Below are positions 58,440 through 64,000 of a stretch of DNA of 64,000 nucleotides, one piece after another (the first letter of the stretch is position 1; every line of letters starts with the position of its first letter). The DNA lies in NCBI GenBank assembly GCA_963555815.3, contig CAUVWX020000002.1:128001-192000 (forward strand). The letters run 5' to 3'. The stretch comes from a bacterium. GTDB lineage: Bacteria > UBA8248 > JACPRG01 > G963555815. Below the pieces are notes generated by a model. That model searched no databases. It saw only the letters and a program-made list of their open reading frames with translations, and was not told where the DNA came from. The position numbers and the translations under genes were made by a program.

Positions 58440-58959
58440 TGACCCCTTGCACGACTGTCTCTATGTCCGCCAGCGAGACGGGCTTCCTCAGGAGGATGAA
58501 AGGGCCCATTTCAAGGGCCCGACGGAGGAGGGCCTCATCTGACGTAGATGTGATGACGACGACCTTGGCGCTGGGGGCAAACTTCTTTACGGCCTTAAAG
58601 ACCTCAACCCCGTTCATCCCTGGCAGCTTGAGGTCGAGGAAGACGAGATCAAACTGCCCTTGCCTGGCTAGCTCGATGGCCTCCTCTCCGGTTTGAGTCG
58701 TGACAACACCGTACGGGAGAAGAAAGGCCATCTCTTTGAACGCGTTACAGACGCTCTCTTCGTCATCTACCACCAAGACCCGGGGGCCCGGGCGAGTTCC
58801 CTGGCCGTCAAGCCAACTCTCCAGTGTCCGCTGGCGAAGGCGCCACTGTCCGCCGACCTTGAAGGCGGGGACCTTCCGCTGGTTCACAAGGGCGTAGAGG
58901 GTGGAGAGGCCGATCTTTAAGTAGTCGGCGGCTTGACGTAGCGTGAGGATGTTATCCAT
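58426..58959 (-). CDS. Response regulator with N-terminal excisionase-like HTH
   Basis: LTLRQAADYLKIGLSTLY...VPAFKVGGQWR followed by VLVVDDE, FLDLKLPG and KP. Confidence 0.88.
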   Translation of the reverse strand: MDNILTLRQAADYLKIGLSTLYALVNQRKVPAFKVGGQWRLRQRTLESWLDGQGTRPGPRVLVVDDEESVCNAFKEMAFLLPYGVVTTQTGEEAIELARQGQFDLVFLDLKLPGMNGVEVFKAVKKFAPSAKVVVITSTSDEALLRRALEMGPFILLRKPVSLADIETVVQGVIGKH

Positions 58960-59240
58960 ATGGAAAATCCTACCAAGATTCCTCGATGTTTGCTACTTTT
59001 CTTATTTTTTAGTAATTCTATGATTAAAATAACTGACTTATACAATTTATCAAGAAAATTATTTAATTATTTTGATTAACTATAAAAATACTATAATAGC
59101 ATTGAATATTCTGAATATTAGTTAACTTTTGTTGATATTACAATTACTTTAAGGTTTATGCGAAAACATATTGAATATGCTTGGAATAATGCTAAAATAT
59201 AGGTCGTTCTAAGGGGGTCTAGATGGTCATTTCAGGTGGA

Positions 59241-59293
59241 ATGTACATTAACTGTGGACATGCAGGGGGAAAATGTACATCAAGGGTGAACAT
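59241..59293. promoter_or_regulatory. Two 21-bp imperfect palindromes 32 bp apart (candidate transcription-factor sites)
   Basis: ATGTACAT-taact-GTGGACAT (59241-59261) and ATGTACAT-caagg-GTGAACAT (59273-59293). Confidence 0.5.
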
Positions 59294-59591
59294 GTGTCGT
59301 CGCACTCCAAATAGGCCGTCCGTCAGATGTGCGAACGCCCGATGGACTCCGAGCCAGATGGCCTCCAAAGTCGACCACCCCTTCAGTCGATATCCATCCC
59401 GGCAAAGTTCTTTGGAGGACCAGCGCTGACAGAAATTTAGCACCTGAAACCTGTTGGGAGATGGAGCGCTCGGCTTTCTTGTTTCTTTCTTGTGTGGAAG
59501 GCCGAGGACCATTTTGTTCGAAGAATACCTTTCCCCGATGTGGGTTTTGGAGTAAAATTGGGCTGTTTTTTCCTTTGGGTCTTGCCGTGAA

Positions 59592-60377
59592 TTGAGAGAG
59601 GAGAGGAACGGAGTTTTGATCCAACGCCTTGGGAGCATGTGTCTTTTCGTCGTCCAGGAGATGGGACGGATGCTTCTTTTTCTCCTCGCGGTTGCTCAAG
59701 GCGCCTTTCGGCCCCCCTTCCGCTTGGGGCTCGTGGTCAAACGGATCAACTTCATCGGGGTTAAGTCCTTTTTCGTCATTGCCCTGACGGCCGCCTTCAC
59801 GGGGATGGTGCTTAGCCTTCAGGGCTTCTTCACGCTCCAAAAGTTTGGGGCCGAGGGACTCCTTGGCTCCGCGGTGGCCCTCAGTCTCATCCGAGAGTTA
59901 GGGCCCGTCCTCGCTGCCCTCATGGTGACGGGGCGGGCAGGTTCTGCGATGACGGCCGAGATCGGCATCATGGCCATCACCGAGCAGATTGATGCCCTCC
60001 GTGCTATGGCGGTGAACCCCATTAAATATTTGGTCGTCCCGAATCTCATCGCAGGACTCATCGCGGTCCCCCTCCTGACCGCTCTATTTGATGTGATTGG
60101 GATATTCGGGGGCTTTCTCGTGGGCGTGAAGCTCCTGGGGCTAAGCTCGGGGGCCTATTTTGGCCAGATGGAAGCCAGCGTGAGTTTTCAGGATATCAGT
60201 AGTGGCTTCTGGAAGTCGGTGAGCTTTGGGTTTCTGCTGACGTTCGTTGCGTGCTATAAAGGATACTTTGCCCGCCACGGGGCCGAGGGAGTCAGTAAGG
60301 CGATGACGCAGGCGGTCGTCATGGCCTCCGTCCTCATTCTGGTATGGGACTATTTCATGACGTCGCTATTCTTCTGA
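59592..60377 (+). CDS. mlaE: MlaE ABC transporter permease
   Basis: RELGPVLAALMVTGRAGSAMTAEIG.M...EQIDAL and GAEGV motifs; start may be TTG 59616. Confidence 0.93.
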   Translation: MREERNGVLIQRLGSMCLFVVQEMGRMLLFLLAVAQGAFRPPFRLGLVVKRINFIGVKSFFVIALTAAFTGMVLSLQGFFTLQKFGAEGLLGSAVALSLIRELGPVLAALMVTGRAGSAMTAEIGIMAITEQIDALRAMAVNPIKYLVVPNLIAGLIAVPLLTALFDVIGIFGGFLVGVKLLGLSSGAYFGQMEASVSFQDISSGFWKSVSFGFLLTFVACYKGYFARHGAEGVSKAMTQAVVMASVLILVWDYFMTSLFF

Positions 60378-60405
60378 GGTCGGGAGGCTTTTTGGGAGAG
60401 AGACC

Positions 60406-60852
60406 ATGAAGCGCGGAACGACTGAGACGATGGTCGGGCTCTTCATCCTGCTAGGCATTGCCGCCCTGGCCTACTTGGCCTTCCAGCTCGGGGATGTGCG
60501 ATTCTTGGGCGGTCAAGACTATACCGTGAGGGCCATCTTCCCCTCGGTTACCGGCCTCAAGGAGGGGGCGGGTGTGGAGATCGCGGGGGTGAAGGTGGGA
60601 AAGGTGGCGAGCATCTCGCTCCATGAGGGCCGGGCCTTGGTCACCCTCCGGATCCGGAAAGAAGTCGTCCTCGTCGAGGACGTGATCGCCTCAGTCAGGA
60701 CTAAGGGCATCATCGGGGACAAATATGTTCAGCTCGCCCCAGGTGGATCAGATAGGGTCATTCAGGCTGGGGGCCGAATTCGAGAGACTGTGCCGCCCGT
60801 GGATCTAGAAGAAATCATCGGCCAGTTCATCTTTGGTCGGATGGATCAATAG
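60406..60852 (+). CDS. mlaD: MlaD MCE-domain protein
   Basis: N-terminal TM; F.SVTGLKEGA.V.IAGVKVG.V and T.GIIGDKYV.L.PGG motifs. Confidence 0.93.
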   Translation: MKRGTTETMVGLFILLGIAALAYLAFQLGDVRFLGGQDYTVRAIFPSVTGLKEGAGVEIAGVKVGKVASISLHEGRALVTLRIRKEVVLVEDVIASVRTKGIIGDKYVQLAPGGSDRVIQAGGRIRETVPPVDLEEIIGQFIFGRMDQ

Positions 60853-60916
60853 AGGTGAGGCCCCCTGAAACAAGGTAGGGGGTTCGGTCCTGCGACATGA
60901 GAGGGAGCAAGAAAGC

Positions 60917-62395
60917 ATGAATATTTTCTCTAAGGGGTTCAGGGTGTCAATCAGTAGGGGTACGGTTCTTCTCGCAGGGGGAGCCCTCCTTGGGGTCTTG
61001 ACCCTTCCCGCATTTGCCCAAGAAACCCCAGGGAGTCGGGTCGTCAACCTTGACGAGGCCATCCGTCTCGCTCTTCAGAATAACGCCGAGATCAAAGAGT
61101 CTAAGGAGGGCATATCCGGGGCCCTGGGGAAAAAGCGGCAAGCGGATGCAGCCCGATTTGCCCAGGCGGACCTCCTTACCCTCCTTGGGCCCTCGCCCCA
61201 AGCCCGTGGAAACCAGATCGTCTCCCCGGACGATGTGGACAGACCCACCCTCAACGGGGTCTTCACGCGGGCCATCGTCCAGATCACCCAGCCCATCTAC
61301 ACCTTCGGCGAGATTAGCGGGCTTCGGGAGGCAGCCTCCTCGGGGGTGAGAGTGGAGGAGGCCAGGGTCCAAGAAAAATCGTCCAAGGTTATTGTGGCAG
61401 TGAAGCAGTTCTACTACGGGGTGATCCTGGCACGGGAGCTAAGGATCCTCGCCCAGGAGGTCATGGATCAGCTGGATGTCGCCAAGCAAAAGGTGAGGCA
61501 ACTCCTTGACCAGGGGTCCGTCTCGGTGGATGAAGTGGCCCTCTGGAAGCTCGAGGCTTTTCAGGGGACGGTCGAGACCGGTCTCCATGAGGCTGAGAAG
61601 GCCGCCGAGCTCGCCCTAGGGGCCCTTAAATTCACCTTGGGGTTTGGCCCCAATGAGGACCTCGACGTGGCTGACCGGCGGCTTATCATCGAGCAAACGG
61701 CGCTGGAATCCCTTTCCTTTTATCAGGAGAGGTCCTTTGAGCTTCGCCCGGAGTTCGTCCAGATCCAAGAGGGGCTGAAAGCTCTTCGGGCCCTCGTGCG
61801 GGTGGAAAAGAGCAGGTACTACCCGAAATTCTTCATTGCGGCCCTGGCCGATGCGGCTGAGGCCGGAAACAGGACCGACATTAATAACCCTTTCATCAAT
61901 GACGAGCTAAACCATGAGACGTTGGGCGTCGCCGTGGGTTTCAAGTGGGCTTTCAATTTCGGCATCACGACGGGGAAGGTCCAGGTGGCCCGGGCAGAGG
62001 TGGCCAAGCTGGAGCACAAGAAGACCTTTGCTGAAGGGGGTATCCCCCTCCAGGTCAAGAAGGCCTATGAAGAGGTGATGGAGGCCGACAAGAACTTTGA
62101 AGTGACTGAGACCTCCTACCAATCGGCTCGAAAGTGGCTGGTCGCCTCCGTTGCCAACTTTGACCTCGGGATCGGAGACCCGGAGGAGATCTTTGAGGCC
62201 CTGGAACAGTATGCGAAGATGCGAGTGAGGAACTTCCAGTCGATGTTTGAGCACAACCTCGCTGTGGCAAAGTTGGAGCACGCGAGCGGCCTCCTGGTGG
62301 TGTCGGTGGAGCAGGCTGGGGGGGCTGAGGAGGAGAAGCCGGCGGATCAGGCTAGGGAGGAAAGGGATATCGACGATGATGAAAGCATTTCTTAA
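60917..62395 (+). CDS. TolC-family outer membrane protein
   Basis: Signal peptide; LDEAIRLALQNN, QPIYTFG, RPE and YYPK motifs; C-terminal AKLEHASG. Confidence 0.85.
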   Translation: MNIFSKGFRVSISRGTVLLAGGALLGVLTLPAFAQETPGSRVVNLDEAIRLALQNNAEIKESKEGISGALGKKRQADAARFAQADLLTLLGPSPQARGNQIVSPDDVDRPTLNGVFTRAIVQITQPIYTFGEISGLREAASSGVRVEEARVQEKSSKVIVAVKQFYYGVILARELRILAQEVMDQLDVAKQKVRQLLDQGSVSVDEVALWKLEAFQGTVETGLHEAEKAAELALGALKFTLGFGPNEDLDVADRRLIIEQTALESLSFYQERSFELRPEFVQIQEGLKALRALVRVEKSRYYPKFFIAALADAAEAGNRTDINNPFINDELNHETLGVAVGFKWAFNFGITTGKVQVARAEVAKLEHKKTFAEGGIPLQVKKAYEEVMEADKNFEVTETSYQSARKWLVASVANFDLGIGDPEEIFEALEQYAKMRVRNFQSMFEHNLAVAKLEHASGLLVVSVEQAGGAEEEKPADQAREERDIDDDESIS

Positions 62396-62999
62396 CAGTT
62401 GGGCGAAGTGGGCGCTCTTAGGGGTGTTCCTGGCGGGCTTCACAATTGGGGAGCCCCTGGAGGCGCAGCCGAGGGATGAACTGAATGGGACGGTGGACGA
62501 AGTCATCGCTATCCTGAAGAACCCGAGCTTCGAGGGAGCGGCGAATACCCAGGCCCGCCGCGACCGCCTCCGTTTGACCATTGGCCCGCGATTTGATTTC
62601 CGCGAGATGGCCAAACGCTCCCTCGCACGGCACTGGAGGGATCGTTCCGAGGAGGAGAGGGACGAGTTCGTCGCGGTCTTCGCAGACCTCCTGGAACAGT
62701 CCTATGTGTCGAGAATCGAGGATTACACAGATCAAGAGATTCTCTATCCAGAGGAGCGGATTGAGGACAATTTTGCCGAAGTCGGGACCAAGATCGTCGT
62801 AGAGTCAGGGCGAGAAGTCCCGATCGATTATCGTCTATACCAGACCGAGAGCGGCTGGCGCGTCTATGACATCGTCATCGAAGGCGTAAGCCTTGTTAGC
62901 AACTACCGCTCCCAGTTCAACCGCATCATCAACCAGAATTCCTACGACGCGCTCCTGAATCGGATGCACACAAAGCAAGAGGAAGAGGCGGGCAATTGA
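62376..62999 (+). CDS. mlaC: MlaC/Ttg2D phospholipid-binding protein
   Basis: FDFREMAKRSLARHW and WRVYDIVIEGVSLVSNYRSQF motifs; ATG 62376. Confidence 0.92.
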   Translation: MMKAFLNSWAKWALLGVFLAGFTIGEPLEAQPRDELNGTVDEVIAILKNPSFEGAANTQARRDRLRLTIGPRFDFREMAKRSLARHWRDRSEEERDEFVAVFADLLEQSYVSRIEDYTDQEILYPEERIEDNFAEVGTKIVVESGREVPIDYRLYQTESGWRVYDIVIEGVSLVSNYRSQFNRIINQNSYDALLNRMHTKQEEEAGN

Positions 63000-63061
63000 G
63001 CCCCCGTTAAGAGCGGCATGGTGAAAATAAGAGTGGGGAAAGACAGTCCGAGGAGGGTAGC

Positions 63062-63499
63062 ATGGGACAGAAGGGGGGAGGGTCCGTCCGGCTGAGGGGG
63101 ACTCTCTTCCATGGGCTTGGGGTGGGGTCCCGTTTTACTGAGCTCCCCTGGGCCAAGGAAAAGTTAAAGCAGATTCTAGGATTTATCCCTCACCCGGGCA
63201 CTCTCAATCTTCGCCTGGATCGCAAAGAAAGCGCCGACCCCCTCTCTACCATCCGGTCCTCGCCGGGCCACCTCATGTCTCCCCCCGATGATTCCTCCTG
63301 CGCCGCCCGCTGCTACCCGGCGACCATCGCGGGGCACATCCCCGGGGGCCTCGTGGTCCCCGTGGTGGACGGCTATCGCGAGGACGTCTTGGAGCTCCTG
63401 GCCCCGGTCAATCTCCGCGAGACTTTAGACCTGGAAGAAGGAGACCTCGTCTGGGTGGAGGTCTTCGTGGAGGGAAAGCGGGGAATCCCCTTCGATTGA
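63062..63499 (+). CDS. CTP-dependent (archaeal-type) riboflavin kinase, DUF120
   Basis: G....GLG.G, LGF.PHPGTLNL and ELLAPVNLR..L.L.EGD.V motifs. Confidence 0.85.
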   Translation: MGQKGGGSVRLRGTLFHGLGVGSRFTELPWAKEKLKQILGFIPHPGTLNLRLDRKESADPLSTIRSSPGHLMSPPDDSSCAARCYPATIAGHIPGGLVVPVVDGYREDVLELLAPVNLRETLDLEEGDLVWVEVFVEGKRGIPFD

Positions 63500-63534
63500 G
63501 CTTTCGGGATTGTGGCTGGGGATGCGCTTTTCTC

Positions 63535-63999
63535 TCAGGTGGGGATGGCGTCTGGTTTCTCCAGCGCTGCTTTTAGCCGCTGGAGGAAATCAGCGGCTGG
63601 CGCCCCGTCGATGATGCGGTGGTCAAAGGAGAGGCTGAGATAGAGGATGTCTCGGATGACGACGTGGCCATCCATGGCGACCGGCGTCTTGGTAACCTTC
63701 CCAATCCCGAGAATACAGGCGTCCGGCAGGTTGACAATGGGCGTGAACATCTGGATCCCGTAAGCTCCGAGGTTCGTCGTCGTAAAGGTGCTCCCCTGGA
63801 CCTCTTCCAGTGTGAGCTTTCCTTCCCTGGCCCGGCCGGCGAGGTCTCGGGTCTCCCGAGCGATGGTCCCAAGGTCCTTCTGGTCGGTGTTTCGGATCAC
63901 AGGGACGATGAGGCCCGCCTCGGTCTGGACGGCAACGCCTATGTGGATGTCCTCTAGAATCTGGATCACGTCCCCTTCGAGTCTTGCATTAACAGCAGG
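63535..63999 (-). CDS. 2-oxoacid dehydrogenase E2 (dihydrolipoamide acyltransferase) catalytic domain; 5'-truncated by the window edge
   Basis: GLIVPVIRN, GSTFTTTNLG and SFDHRIIDGA motifs. Confidence 0.93.
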   Translation of the reverse strand, partial: PAVNARLEGDVIQILEDIHIGVAVQTEAGLIVPVIRNTDQKDLGTIARETRDLAGRAREGKLTLEEVQGSTFTTTNLGAYGIQMFTPIVNLPDACILGIGKVTKTPVAMDGHVVIRDILYLSLSFDHRIIDGAPAADFLQRLKAALEKPDAIPT

Positions 64000-64000
64000 G

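Overview
GC-rich bacterial chromosome segment; the gene repertoire is reminiscent of deltaproteobacteria-like/Nitrospinota/Tectomicrobia/NC10 lineages, but taxonomy is only an inference. Bases 1-33 kb are mostly housekeeping: IspH-UbiA fusion, YitJ, HtrA, pyrD/pyrK, a sirC-ccsA-hemA-hemC-cobA/hemD tetrapyrrole operon, mutY, comM/yifB, nadX, gdh, pntAB and arsC. This part also holds an uncharacterised cluster for a probable polar-lipid head group (HAD-NTP transferase fusion, ATP-grasp, class III aminotransferase, radical SAM, CDP-alcohol phosphotransferase, flippase-like protein). About 33.0-55.75 kb is a tyrosine-integrase genomic island, lying between an intact tRNA-Phe and an orphan tRNA-Ala(GGC) 3' fragment. 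It has a satellite-like core (int, RHH, xis, AAA_25 ATPase), three integron cassettes with attC sites but no intI, and a doubly frameshifted type IIG R-M gene. It also carries an archaeal-PolB2-like operon (inactive RadA-like, small subunit, proofreading-deficient PolB), lipoproteins, DUF72 and a poly-G-split TPR gene. Three direct copies of a ~100-bp G/C-tract repeat divide the cargo into modules. The right end holds a cytoplasmic two-component/sigma54 cluster, an mlaE-mlaD-tolC-mlaC operon, a CTP-dependent riboflavin kinase and the 3' end of an E2 acyltransferase gene. No CRISPR array, rRNA or reverse transcriptase was seen. All family assignments come from motif recognition by eye, not from database searches.
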